This document shows positions 37,939 through 48,040 of a stretch of 64,000 nt of DNA, piece after piece; position 1 is the stretch's first letter, and every line of letters starts with the position of its first letter. The stretch lies in the NCBI GenBank assembly GCA_903891475.1, contig CAITEP010000015.1, positions 32,334-96,333 on the forward strand, in the 5' to 3' direction. The stretch is from an uncultured Mucilaginibacter sp. (GTDB taxonomy: Bacteria; Bacteroidota; Bacteroidia; Sphingobacteriales; Sphingobacteriaceae). A model generated the notes under the pieces. It was not told the origin of the DNA. It saw nothing but the letters and a program-made list of their open reading frames with translations, and ran no database searches. A program made the position numbers and the translations under genes.

Positions 37939-39933
37939 TTAGTTGCTATATAAAACATAGGCGGCAGTAGCCGGAACATTTATTACTTTCTCAGCCTTTT
38001 GCATACCTTTTTCATTGATATGGATTTCATCAGCAACAACCGTCCAGCTTCCAACAGGCAAGGAAATTGTTTTTTCTGATAGGTTTCCATTTAACAATAC
38101 CAGGATATTTTTCCAACTATCGCCATTTGCATTATTACTAATTTGGTAGGCAATAAAGCCAGGGATCCCGGTATCGATAAATTTCAGATTCTTTACTATC
38201 ATTTCGGTAGTAGGCATCCTAAATGCAGGATGATTTTTGCGTAAGCTTACCAAGCCTTTATAATATTCAAAAACCGCTTTATATTTTAATTTTCTACTCC
38301 AATCTATTTGGTTAATGCTATCTGGCGATTTAAATGAATTAGCCACCCCTTGCTTGGTGCGCAATAATTCGGCTCCCGAATGTAAAAAGGAAACCCCTTG
38401 CGAGGTTAATACAATGGCATTGGCTAGTTTATCCATTTTAATCAAATCGGCTTCGGTTGCCGATGGATTAGAAATTTTTAATCGGTCAAACAAAGTGTTA
38501 TCATCATGGCAGGAGGCATAGGTAATAGTTTGATAAGGCTGGTTTGCCCAAGGTGCTTTTGAATAATTTACCTTGGCAAAGTCAACCTGTGGGTGAGGCG
38601 TTGAAGCTACTATACCAAACTTTACGCTTTCGGCATTTTCAGTAATGCCACTTACAAAACCCTTTTCTTTGACATTGCTCAAGCCACCTTTAAGTCCGTC
38701 GCGTATGTCATCACTAAATACAGCAATTCGGTTTAGTTTGGTTACGTTAATTTTGGTTGCCCTATCAGCTTCGGGCAGAGGGGTATTACCTGCCGTCCAA
38801 CCTTCGCCATAAATAAAAATGGTAGGGTCAATTTTATGGAGGGTATCACTTATCAGGTTCATGGTTTCAACGTCATGCGTACCCATCAAATCAAACCTGA
38901 AGCCATCCAAATGGTATTCCTTGACCCAATAAACTACCGATTCCAAGATGAATTTCCTAACCATAGCGCGCTCCGATGCTACCTCATTGCCACATCCTGT
39001 CCCGTTTGAATAAGTACCATCCGCATTATGCCGGTAAAAATAGCCGGGTGCAAACTGATTAAAGTTTGATTCCTTGGTATCGCTGGTATGGTTATAAACC
39101 ACATCTAAAATTACCCTTAAGCCATTTTTATGCAGCGTTTGTACCATTTGTTTAAATTCTTGAATACGGACATTACCATTATAAGCATCGGTGGCGTAGC
39201 TACCTTCGGGCACATTGTAATTTTGCGGATCGTAACCCCAATTATACTGTTTATCCAATGGCTTAGTTTCATCTACGGTATTAAAATCAAAACTTGGTAA
39301 TAGGTGCACGTGGGTAACACCCAATTCTTTTATATGGCTTAAGCCCGTAGCCAAACCAGCTGTACTTTTAGTGCCTTCCTCGGCCAAACCTAAAAACTTG
39401 CTCTTGTTTTTAATTCCAGAATTTGGGTCGACTGAAATATCCCGCATATGCAACTCATATAAAACAATATCGGTGAAGTTTTTCTGGGCTGGTTTTGTAT
39501 CATTATCCCAATTGGGCGGATTAGTCGCTTTTAAATCAACAACCATACCGCGCAAGCCATTTACCCCAACCGCCTTAGCATAAATATCCGGACGTTCCAA
39601 CAGCCAGTTACCATCTTGCAATATTTGAAAGGTATAATATTTATCCTTTAGATTTTCTTTGACTGATAATTGCCATGTGCCATCTTCAGCCCTTAACATG
39701 TTTAAGGTTGAAATTGCCTCGCCACCAATCCCAGCAGTATATAACCTGAGTTTTACTTCGGTAGCCTTAGGTGCCCAAACCTTAAAATTGTTTGCTTGGG
39801 GCGAATAAGAAACACCTAAATCATTGCCTTTATAAACTGGATACTTATCAAATTCATTGTTTTGGGCAGCCAACTTATTTGTGCTTAGCATACATAAAAA
39901 AAAGTAGGTGAGTATAAAATAGTGGTATTTCAT
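37939..39933 (-). CDS. pulA: type I pullulanase (GH13)
   Basis: Signal peptide, with YNWGYDP, VILDVVYNHT, GFRFDLMG, YGEGW and SCHDD conserved regions. Confidence 0.9.
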   Translation of the reverse strand: MKYHYFILTYFFLCMLSTNKLAAQNNEFDKYPVYKGNDLGVSYSPQANNFKVWAPKATEVKLRLYTAGIGGEAISTLNMLRAEDGTWQLSVKENLKDKYYTFQILQDGNWLLERPDIYAKAVGVNGLRGMVVDLKATNPPNWDNDTKPAQKNFTDIVLYELHMRDISVDPNSGIKNKSKFLGLAEEGTKSTAGLATGLSHIKELGVTHVHLLPSFDFNTVDETKPLDKQYNWGYDPQNYNVPEGSYATDAYNGNVRIQEFKQMVQTLHKNGLRVILDVVYNHTSDTKESNFNQFAPGYFYRHNADGTYSNGTGCGNEVASERAMVRKFILESVVYWVKEYHLDGFRFDLMGTHDVETMNLISDTLHKIDPTIFIYGEGWTAGNTPLPEADRATKINVTKLNRIAVFSDDIRDGLKGGLSNVKEKGFVSGITENAESVKFGIVASTPHPQVDFAKVNYSKAPWANQPYQTITYASCHDDNTLFDRLKISNPSATEADLIKMDKLANAIVLTSQGVSFLHSGAELLRTKQGVANSFKSPDSINQIDWSRKLKYKAVFEYYKGLVSLRKNHPAFRMPTTEMIVKNLKFIDTGIPGFIAYQISNNANGDSWKNILVLLNGNLSEKTISLPVGSWTVVADEIHINEKGMQKAEKVINVPATAAYVLYSN

Positions 39934-40121
39934 GGTTATAATTTCTGCTAAAACATATGGTAATAGCTTCCCGGTGTTTTATGGCTAAATATAGGATAAT
40001 TTTGAATATGCTTTTATTAGCCCATTTATTCGCTGGTCATGAAATTTTATACCATGGTAACTTAGTCGAATGTAATATTTTATTACTTTTATATACGAAT
40101 TTATAATAAAGCACCATCATT

Positions 40122-40511
40122 ATGCAAAAAACAACCTTTGTGCCTTCGCTGGTTATAGCGCATGGCATTACTGATATCAGCTTTTACACCAATGCCTTTG
40201 GCGCAGTCGAACTAAACCGTTGGACCAATGATGATGGCTCCATACATGTTGCGGAATTGGAAATTGATGGGGGCATGTTTCATCTACAAGAGGAACGGGA
40301 ATATAAAAATTGGCTAAGCCCAGCAAACAGGGATTGCACAACAGTTGGAATTGAATTAATGGTGGAGGATGTGCATGCTGTTTTTAACAAGGCCATAGCT
40401 GCCGGGGCAACCTTAGTTTCGGAAGTTACGGATTATGAATACAATTACCGACAAGGAGAATTGATTGACCCATTTGGTCACCACTGGATTATTGAGAAAA
40501 TTTTGAAATAG
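40122..40511 (+). CDS. VOC (glyoxalase/bleomycin-resistance) family protein
   Basis: 129-aa ORF with paired beta-alpha-beta-beta-beta pattern and a C-terminal DPFGHHW. Confidence 0.7.
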   Translation: MQKTTFVPSLVIAHGITDISFYTNAFGAVELNRWTNDDGSIHVAELEIDGGMFHLQEEREYKNWLSPANRDCTTVGIELMVEDVHAVFNKAIAAGATLVSEVTDYEYNYRQGELIDPFGHHWIIEKILK

Positions 40512-40532
40512 GAAAATTTGGATAAGTAATTC

Positions 40533-41207
40533 TTATTGCTGGTTCAATAGCTTTAATGCCTCATCATATTCATTTATCATTGTACTATATCTATCTACTG
40601 CCCATGCGTGATAATTATCGCGGATCAAGATTAAGGTCAATTTTGCATTTTCTATTTTTCTGGAGTCTCTACTTAAAATAATTTGACCAATTTGGTCTTC
40701 TACCTTCATGGTTTCTGATTGATCAGCATAAATTTGAGTTAATGTTTTAGCCAAATTAAAATCAATTTTTGAAAAGATATCATGCTGTTTGGCTATGTCC
40801 CAAGCTACGTTACTTAAAGAACCTTTCAAAACTCCTTCAGGTGCAATAAGCTTCAAATTAAACTCATCATTCACAATAATTTTTTTCTGCAATTGAGGGT
40901 CGGCAATAGCCGAATCAATTGTTTTTAATACTTTTTGATAATAATTTATTTTTTCTACCTCAGTTGTCTTGTTTACCTTTAATTCGTTTCGTATATTATT
41001 TAGAAGCTCCTCAGTTGCCTTTTTTTCGTGCAGACTATTAAAATATTCTGTTAGCACCAAGGCTAATAAAACACTAAAAATTATTAAAAAAGATTCGCCT
41101 AAATATTCTTTCCAGTCTCTTAAGGTATATACCTTTTGAATAGGGCTTGCAATTGGCTCTGCACTAACAACCTCGGTAAGTTCTTCAGGCTTTACGTCTT
41201 CTTCCAT
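40533..41207 (-). CDS. hypothetical single-pass membrane protein
   Basis: 224-aa ORF with an acidic N-terminus, one TM helix (FLIIFSVLLALVLTEYF) and a helical C-terminal domain. Confidence 0.55.
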   Translation of the reverse strand: MEEDVKPEELTEVVSAEPIASPIQKVYTLRDWKEYLGESFLIIFSVLLALVLTEYFNSLHEKKATEELLNNIRNELKVNKTTEVEKINYYQKVLKTIDSAIADPQLQKKIIVNDEFNLKLIAPEGVLKGSLSNVAWDIAKQHDIFSKIDFNLAKTLTQIYADQSETMKVEDQIGQIILSRDSRKIENAKLTLILIRDNYHAWAVDRYSTMINEYDEALKLLNQQ

Positions 41208-41365
41208 TTTTAAAAAGTTTAAGCTAATATAAATTAATAAATTTATTGAATTACTCTTTTATAGATTTATTTTCATGCTAATTTACTTGTTCTTAAAGGT
41301 CAAAACAAAACCGCTATTGAATTAACAGCCTATAATTTATATCTTTATCGGGTATTAAAAGCGAG

Positions 41366-42007
41366 ATGAGTAACGGCTATTTTATTATAGAAAACGGAGA
41401 ACAAAGCGGTCCATTTACCCTTAAAGAACTTACCGAAAGGGATATTGAAAACCATTCTAAAATATTAGTCCCCGACAGTGAAGAATGGCAGGACGCTTGC
41501 GATTTACCTGAATTATATCCTTACTTTGAGTCGATAGGAGTTTACCTACCAACAGGTGATAATTTAGCCTCTTTTTGGATGCGGTTGCTGGCTTACATTG
41601 CCGACTATTTTATTTTAGCCATCCTAACAAATTATGTTTTACAACTTATTGCCTTAGCAACTGGTAAAACATTCGCTATACATACTTATAGCGATATTTT
41701 TAAAATGTCAATCTCTGATATGGTATTGCTTCAAATTATTACAGGTGTTACGTTAATTGTTTATAACACTATAGGGGAAGTATCACCCATGAAGGGCAGT
41801 ATTGGCAAATTTTTATTTCGATTGGTGGTGGTAGATGTGGAAGGATATGGACAAAGCTTTTTAACGGCACTATTACGTAACTTTGTTAAAGTATTTTCGG
41901 TATTCTTTTTATACCTGGGTTTTCTACCCGTATTGTTTACCGAACACCGCCAAAGCATCCACGATTTAGCGGCAAAAACCTATGTGGTGCGAAAAACTAT
42001 TTTATAA
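41366..42007 (+). CDS. GYF_2 (DUF4339) - RDD domain membrane protein
   Basis: N-terminal YFIIENGEQSGPFTLKEL, then an RDD-type three-TM region (RLLAYIADYFIL ... HRQSIHDLAAKTYVV). Confidence 0.7.
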   Translation: MSNGYFIIENGEQSGPFTLKELTERDIENHSKILVPDSEEWQDACDLPELYPYFESIGVYLPTGDNLASFWMRLLAYIADYFILAILTNYVLQLIALATGKTFAIHTYSDIFKMSISDMVLLQIITGVTLIVYNTIGEVSPMKGSIGKFLFRLVVVDVEGYGQSFLTALLRNFVKVFSVFFLYLGFLPVLFTEHRQSIHDLAAKTYVVRKTIL

Positions 42008-42027
42008 AAAAGGTTCAACTGTTACTT

Positions 42028-42636
42028 TTAAAATAATCGATCTTTTACAACCAGCGTTCCTGCAACTATATCGTGCAGGCATTGCTGTTTTTTATTGAAG
42101 AAACAAAATAGGTATCCAATAAAAAAAGTACCTGCCGATAGTAGCTTTGCAAAATTCCTACCTATTGAATGTTTTAAAGTTATTCGTTCACCTTGCAAAT
42201 TGCCTACCCTAATTTTTAATATTTGCTTACCATAACTGCCTTGATTGGCTCCACAGTCCATCAGAGCCTGATAAATAAATTTAACAAAGGGTATCAATGC
42301 AAACAAGCTAAATGCAGCTACCAGTCGGGTTTCTTTGTCCTCCATAAAAAGACTGATCAAAAACACTATTACAATGCATGCTCCCGCTACAAAAAACCAA
42401 TCGAGGGCGGCGGCTAGCAGGCGCTGTTCAAAACTGCCAAAATATTGGGGAATAAAGGCCTCCTTACCAAAACCCATTAAAGCGCGTATTTCGTCAATTT
42501 CATGAGCCTCCTTATAATCATCCATTAAGCGGGTTTTTAAAAAATCACCTGGCTTTATTCCCATTGCCTTTATTTGGCTCAGGTTGTATGGGCCTTCGGG
42601 TTTACCATTTATTACTACAAAATACGGTTCGTCCAT
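42028..42636 (-). CDS. GYF_2 (DUF4339) - RDD domain membrane protein (paralog)
   Basis: N-terminal YFVVINGKPEGPYNLSQI, then an RDD region (RLLAAALDWFFV ... QQCLHDIVAGTLVV). Confidence 0.7.
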   Translation of the reverse strand: MDEPYFVVINGKPEGPYNLSQIKAMGIKPGDFLKTRLMDDYKEAHEIDEIRALMGFGKEAFIPQYFGSFEQRLLAAALDWFFVAGACIVIVFLISLFMEDKETRLVAAFSLFALIPFVKFIYQALMDCGANQGSYGKQILKIRVGNLQGERITLKHSIGRNFAKLLSAGTFFIGYLFCFFNKKQQCLHDIVAGTLVVKDRLF

Positions 42637-42675
42637 TTTGTTTTTATAATAAACAAGTATCTACATATTAAGCTT

Positions 42676-42712
42676 AAAATGCAAAGGTGGCCTGCATTTA
42701 AACAAGCCACCT
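42676..42712 (-). terminator. putative terminator after the PspC/toast-rack genes
   Basis: 7-bp GC-rich stem aggtggc/gccacct. On the minus strand it is followed by ttgcatttt. Confidence 0.4.
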
Positions 42713-42767
42713 CATGCCTTACTATATTCAAATTAAACTATTAACTATTTATCTTTTGTTCGATATT

Positions 42768-43751
42768 TTAGTACCGCTTTACATGAAAATCGGAAAGTCC
42801 GCCACTAATATGGATATGTATTTTTGTTTTGGCATTTTGATAACCAGCGGTTTCATAACTGTTTTCGTCCGATTTATTGAAACCTTCAAAATGATTATCA
42901 GATAAGCCCGACTCAGTTTCAATACTGCAAGCGGCATCCTTGGGTATGCTGATATCAACACCCGATACACCTGTTTCCACATCTACATCGGTCATGGATA
43001 AAGGTTTGCCAAGTTTTACATCAAATGAAGCCGCGCCACCACGCAATTCGAGCGACCTGATTTTAAACTTTGTAAGATTGAAATTTAATTTGGATGCTCC
43101 GGTTTCCACATGTATTTGCCATTCGGGGTTCGGGTTTAAAAAGAAATTAACCTGGTTTTTATCAGTATTCAAGTTAAGTCCGTTTTTGTTTTTCATGTGA
43201 AAATCAATCGCGTAAACAGAATCGTCCTGATATTGCGAAAAGCTATATTTATTATGCTTATCCTTCGAAAAAGCCTTGAAAAGCAAGTTGGTGGTATCAT
43301 TAAGTGTGTATAATGTTCCCCCTCCGCTTATATCTAAACGGGCATTTTTAGCGTTTACATTATAAGGCTGACTAAAATTACCATCGCCAACTATCACCGC
43401 TTTTGTGTTATCAGCATTGTCGTCACTATCATCGTTGTCATTATCATTATTATTACTATTCATATTATGATGATAAAAGAAATTGGAACCTGGCCAGTAT
43501 TTATAATTATCATCAAAATTGCCAAAAAGTATGAGGCCAATGCCAATTACAGCTACCCCAATTTTAGTAGCGGTGGCCCAAATTGCCTCGTTATGCGATA
43601 GTACCAGGTTTACACCTGCTATGACTAAAAATATGGGCCATAAGTGAATAATGTTTGCCCAATGAAAGTGTATTAAGCCAAAGTTGTTGAGCAAAAAGGC
43701 GGCACCTATAGCTACCAATATTAAGCCGGTTATTAATTTATCTTTTTTCAT
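42768..43751 (-). CDS. LiaF/LiaG-like toast-rack protein with N-terminal LiaI-LiaF-type TM region
   Basis: 327-aa ORF. It has 3-4 N-terminal TM helices, an N/D-rich linker (NSNNNDNDNDDSDDNADN) and a beta-rich C-terminal domain with repeated x-V/I-x-G-G-x strands. Confidence 0.55.
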   Translation of the reverse strand: MKKDKLITGLILVAIGAAFLLNNFGLIHFHWANIIHLWPIFLVIAGVNLVLSHNEAIWATATKIGVAVIGIGLILFGNFDDNYKYWPGSNFFYHHNMNSNNNDNDNDDSDDNADNTKAVIVGDGNFSQPYNVNAKNARLDISGGGTLYTLNDTTNLLFKAFSKDKHNKYSFSQYQDDSVYAIDFHMKNKNGLNLNTDKNQVNFFLNPNPEWQIHVETGASKLNFNLTKFKIRSLELRGGAASFDVKLGKPLSMTDVDVETGVSGVDISIPKDAACSIETESGLSDNHFEGFNKSDENSYETAGYQNAKTKIHIHISGGLSDFHVKRY

Positions 43752-43775
43752 GTTAATGAATGCTAAATGTTGTAA

Positions 43776-44342
43776 TTAAACAGTTTCTAAATCTTCGGCA
43801 GTATCATCGCCAGTTGTTTTATTGTTATGGTGCAAGCTATCTTTTTCCCAAGGTTTTTTAAGTTGACCGGAGGCTATTAGTGACCCTCCAACCAAAATTA
43901 AAACCACTGGCCAAAGTCTGTCCCAATCAATGCTTGGGATAATATCATACTCATTCGCCAATATTAATCCTCCTAATAAAATAAGGAAGGCACCAATAAT
44001 TACGCCAACAGTTGATTTTTTATTGGCTTCAAAATAATCCATGTTTTTAAAACCCGGCGCAGTATAATTATTAAAGGGCGATGAATAAAAATTGCCACCT
44101 TCCGGTTGTGGGGGAACAGTATAATCAACCGTGGGGTTGCCAAAATTTGGTGCCATGTATGATCGGCGGGGTAATACTATCCATAGTATGATATAGGGCA
44201 CAAAGCCCACACCTCCAACAAAAAATGCGAAGGCAAATAGCAGACGTATAATGGTTACATCCATTTCAAAATAATCGGCAAGGCCGGCACAAACACCGCC
44301 AAATACCCGGCGATAGTCGTTTCTATATAGTTTCTTGTTCAT
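43776..44342 (-). CDS. PspC-domain membrane protein
   Basis: N-terminal LYRNDYRRVFGGVCAGLADYFEMDVTIIRLLF is the PspC signature. Further TM helices follow. Confidence 0.8.
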   Translation of the reverse strand: MNKKLYRNDYRRVFGGVCAGLADYFEMDVTIIRLLFAFAFFVGGVGFVPYIILWIVLPRRSYMAPNFGNPTVDYTVPPQPEGGNFYSSPFNNYTAPGFKNMDYFEANKKSTVGVIIGAFLILLGGLILANEYDIIPSIDWDRLWPVVLILVGGSLIASGQLKKPWEKDSLHHNNKTTGDDTAEDLETV

Positions 44343-44364
44343 TGTAATTTGTTTTAATATAAAT

Positions 44365-45069
44365 TTATAATTGTCCGTAAACGGGTTTTATGGTTATTTC
44401 ATCAACATTGGCTCCCGGGCTCATTTTATAGGCGGCAATTATGGCAACAGCAACATCCTCGGGCAGTACCATTTTATCTTTATCCACTTCTACTCCCTTC
44501 CACGAATCGGTAAGGGTCGACCCTGGTATAATGGCCGTTACCTTTACACCGTATGGCTCTGTTTCCTGCCGCATTACTTTATTTAAACCTAGCAGTGCAT
44601 ATTTAGTTATACTATATGTTCCGGCTGCCGCTATTGGGTTTACCGATGCTACCGAGCAGATATTAAATATATGTCCGCTACGGGTAGCCATCATCTTTTT
44701 ACCAAAAAACCTATAAAGCTCATAAGCTGGTCTCAGGTTGGTATTTATTTGTTTTTCGAAATCTACCTCCGCATCATCTAAAATACTTGTTGTGCTGTAT
44801 ATGCCAACATTGTTTACAATGATGTTAATGCTTCCCAAAGCTTCTTCAGCATTTTGGGCAAAAGCAAGTAGGTCTGTTTTAATACTGCAATCAACCACGG
44901 CAATAAATACTTGAATATTGGGGTTAATCATTAAAAGCTCGGCTTTTAATTCCGCCAGCTCTGATTCATTGCGCGAGCAAACAGCCAGATTAATACCCTC
45001 AAGGGCAAAGGCCTTGGCCACGGCCTTGCCTATTCCTTTTGTTGCTGCGGTTATGAGGGCGTTTTTCAT
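44365..45069 (-). CDS. SDR-family oxidoreductase
   Basis: ITAATKGIGKA, NNVG and YSITK. I prefer the ATG at 45069 over the upstream start at 45123. Confidence 0.85.
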   Translation of the reverse strand: MKNALITAATKGIGKAVAKAFALEGINLAVCSRNESELAELKAELLMINPNIQVFIAVVDCSIKTDLLAFAQNAEEALGSINIIVNNVGIYSTTSILDDAEVDFEKQINTNLRPAYELYRFFGKKMMATRSGHIFNICSVASVNPIAAAGTYSITKYALLGLNKVMRQETEPYGVKVTAIIPGSTLTDSWKGVEVDKDKMVLPEDVAVAIIAAYKMSPGANVDEITIKPVYGQL

Positions 45070-45382
45070 AGCTGATGTTGTTAATTTACAAAACAAACAT
45101 AAGTTTATTTTAAAAAAACTCATTCAGGCTTTTGGGGAACTCTCCAAATTATTCGGTAAAATGGGGTAAAACAGCGGTAAAATATTTTACTAGCTTATGC
45201 TATAGCTAAAATTAAACTGGACATCTTAAAATCCTTATAAAGAATTTAAACTATTGCGCTGATAATTAGGCATTTTTGAACACTTACCATCATTGTACAG
45301 TAAAAACATGCTACCTGATTTTAACGTTAAAGGTGATTTATGTCATTAAAACCGTATTTTTAGCACGGATTAAAAAAATTTA

Positions 45383-46114
45383 ATGTTTTATAGTTTCGGA
45401 AGGTATATTCTCCTGCTAAGGCTCAGTTTTCGTAAGCCTGAAAAATTCAGTGTTTATTGGGAAGAGGTAATGCGCGAAATGGTATCGGTGGGTATTGGCT
45501 CGCTTGGTATTGTTGCCATCATATCCGTTTTTATTGGCGCGGTAGCCACTATACAAACAGCTTTCCAATTGGTGAGCGATTTTATTCCGAAAACTGTAGT
45601 TGGTAAAATTACCCGCGACTCCACCATATTGGAATTTAGTCCCACCATTTCGGCCTTGGTTTTGGCCGGACGTGTAGGTTCCAGCATCGCCTCACAAATA
45701 GGCACCATGCGGGTAACCGAACAAATTGATGCGCTCGAGATTATGGGTGTTAACGCCCCTGGCTTCCTGATATCGCCCAAAATTATCGCTGGGGTAACCA
45801 TGGTGCCCTTGCTTATTATTATAAGTGTTGGCTTAGGCTTATGCGGTGGCTATATCGCCTGCGCAGCATCGAGAGATGTTTCGACAGCCGATTATATTTC
45901 TGGTTTAACGGGCGATTTTAACCAGGTAATTTTGGTTGTTTGCGCCGTAAAAGCCATTGTATTTGGCTTTATCATCTCTTCCATATGTGCCTACCAGGGT
46001 TTTTATACTTCGGGTGGTTCCTTAGAAGTTGGTCAATCCGCTACACGTGGGGTGGTTTTTAGTTGCGTAATGATTTTATTTGCCGATCTGGTAATTTCAA
46101 GGATGCTATTATGA
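45383..46114 (+). CDS. mlaE: MlaE-family ABC transporter permease
   Basis: 243-aa polytopic ORF with a TMRVTEQIDALEIMG motif typical of MlaE/Ttg2B. Confidence 0.85.
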   Translation: MFYSFGRYILLLRLSFRKPEKFSVYWEEVMREMVSVGIGSLGIVAIISVFIGAVATIQTAFQLVSDFIPKTVVGKITRDSTILEFSPTISALVLAGRVGSSIASQIGTMRVTEQIDALEIMGVNAPGFLISPKIIAGVTMVPLLIIISVGLGLCGGYIACAASRDVSTADYISGLTGDFNQVILVVCAVKAIVFGFIISSICAYQGFYTSGGSLEVGQSATRGVVFSCVMILFADLVISRMLL

Positions 46115-46863
46115 TTGAGATTAAAGACATCTATAAAAATTTTGGCGGCAACGAGGTACTTAAAGGTATATCAGCAAGCTTTAAACCAGGTAAAAACAAC
46201 CTTATTATTGGCAGCTCCGGGTCAGGCAAAACTACCCTATTAAAATGTATAGTTGGCTTGCACGAACCTACCAATGGCGAAGTTCTGTATGATAATGAAA
46301 ACTTTACCGCCATGCATTTTGAAGGGCGAGTACCTATTAGGAAACAAATAGGCATGCTTTTTCAAAACTCTGCCTTGTTTGATTCCATGACAGTGGAACA
46401 AAACATCATTTTCCCGCTAAATTTGTTTACCAATCTATCAAAAGCCGAAAAATTGGACAGGGCAAATTTTTGTCTCGAAAAGGTGAATTTGGCTGGCACC
46501 AATAAACTATTTCCATCCGAATTATCTGGCGGGATGAAAAAGCGGGTAGGCATAGCGCGTGCCATTTCAATGCAGCCAAAGTATTTGTTTGTTGACGAAC
46601 CCAATTCGGGTCTCGACCCCAAAACAGCTATTTTGATTGATAACCTGATTAACGAAATTACCGACGAGTTCCAAACTACTACGGTAATTGTTACACACGA
46701 TATGAACTCGGTAATGGGCATAGGCGACCACATCATTTTTTTAGATAACGGCCTAAAATGGTGGGAAGGCTCCAACCACGAAATAGCCCATACCGATAAT
46801 AAAGAACTCAATGAATTTGTATTTGCCAGCAAATTTATGAGAGCGGCTAGGGAGAAGCTATGA
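46111..46863 (+). CDS. mlaF: MlaF-like ABC transporter ATP-binding protein
   Basis: Walker A GSSGSGKTT, signature LSGGMKKR and Walker B LFVDEP. The ATG at 46111 overlaps the mlaE stop (ATGA). Confidence 0.9.
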   Translation: MIEIKDIYKNFGGNEVLKGISASFKPGKNNLIIGSSGSGKTTLLKCIVGLHEPTNGEVLYDNENFTAMHFEGRVPIRKQIGMLFQNSALFDSMTVEQNIIFPLNLFTNLSKAEKLDRANFCLEKVNLAGTNKLFPSELSGGMKKRVGIARAISMQPKYLFVDEPNSGLDPKTAILIDNLINEITDEFQTTTVIVTHDMNSVMGIGDHIIFLDNGLKWWEGSNHEIAHTDNKELNEFVFASKFMRAAREKL

Positions 46864-47057
46864 TTTTAGTGAGTGGAGATTAGTGAGTGGTGAATGGAGA
46901 GTAGTGAGTATGAAATGTGATTAGCAATACTCTCTCATAAAATAAAAATAAACCAATAAAAACTAACCATTTATTTCTAACAATTCGCAATAAAAACTCA
47001 CTATTAACCATTCACCACTCAAAATAAAACAACAACTCACTATTCACCACTCACCAT
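46859..47057. repeat. composite imperfect palindrome / word-repeat element filling the whole mlaF-methyltransferase spacer
   Basis: gagtggtgaatgg (46885-46897) and tagtgagt (46902-46909) are matched in inverted orientation by actcacta (46996-47003) and ccattcaccactc (47008-47020). A further related copy lies at 47035-47055. The left part is C-free for 66 nt, and the right part is G-free apart from one G. Confidence 0.8.
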
Positions 47058-47934
47058 GATCCAGCTCCTCACCCCAACTTATTGGAAAGATTACGAACTC
47101 ATTGACTGTGGTGATTTTGAGAAGTTGGAACGTTTTGGCAATGTTATTTTGATTCGTCCGGAGCCACAAGCTGTATGGGCAAAGGCCATGAGCGATAAAG
47201 AATGGCAACAACTACACCATATCAAGTTTAAAGGCCGCTCTGCTACCTCGGGCGAATGGGTGAAGAAAACCCCCAACATGCCCGACAGGTGGCATATTGA
47301 ATATAAAAACCCCGAAGCCAGTATAAAATTCCGCCTAGCTTTAACCTCGTTTAAACACTTGGGCATTTTCCCGGAGCAAGCAGTAAACTGGGACTTTATC
47401 AGTAGTAAAATTAAGAACTTTAAAACGCCATCGCCAAAAGTCTTAAACCTTTTCGCCTATACGGGTGGCGCTTCCTTAATGGCACAAGCGGCAGGAGCTG
47501 ATACTACGCATGTCGACTCCATTAAACAGGTAGTTACCTGGGCCAATGAAAATCAGGAGCTATCAGGCTTAAGCCGAATACGATGGATGGTGGAAGATGC
47601 TTTAAAGTTTGTGAAACGTGAGATAAAGAGAGGAAAAAAATACAATGGTATTATTTTAGATCCTCCAGCATACGGTCACGGCCCCAATGGCGAAAAGTGG
47701 AAACTGGAAGATAATATTTATGAAATGATGCAGGATGTGATACAGCTGCTCGATCCTGATGAGCATTTTTTGGTACTGAACACCTATTCGCTTGGCTTTT
47801 CATCGGTTATTATCGAGAATTTGATAAAAGGCGTGTTCCCAAAAGTGCAAAACCTCGAAATTGGCGAGCTTTATCTGCAAGCCACGGCCGGCCCCAAATT
47901 ACCGCTCGGTGTTTTTGGTAAGTTTTATAAATAA
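47056..47934 (+). CDS. class I SAM-dependent (RlmI/RlmK-type) methyltransferase
   Basis: 292-aa ORF. LNLFAYTGGASL (SAM motif I) and ILDPPAYGHG (motif IV) match the Methyltrans_SAM family. Confidence 0.75.
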   Translation: MIQLLTPTYWKDYELIDCGDFEKLERFGNVILIRPEPQAVWAKAMSDKEWQQLHHIKFKGRSATSGEWVKKTPNMPDRWHIEYKNPEASIKFRLALTSFKHLGIFPEQAVNWDFISSKIKNFKTPSPKVLNLFAYTGGASLMAQAAGADTTHVDSIKQVVTWANENQELSGLSRIRWMVEDALKFVKREIKRGKKYNGIILDPPAYGHGPNGEKWKLEDNIYEMMQDVIQLLDPDEHFLVLNTYSLGFSSVIIENLIKGVFPKVQNLEIGELYLQATAGPKLPLGVFGKFYK

Positions 47935-48040
47935 GGCTTGCCAAACGTTAAAAAAAATCGTTTAATGTTTTAAAAATTTCCACATTCACATCAAAAAAGA
48001 TGTTACTTTGCAGCATATTTACCCGCGAAAAATTAAATTA

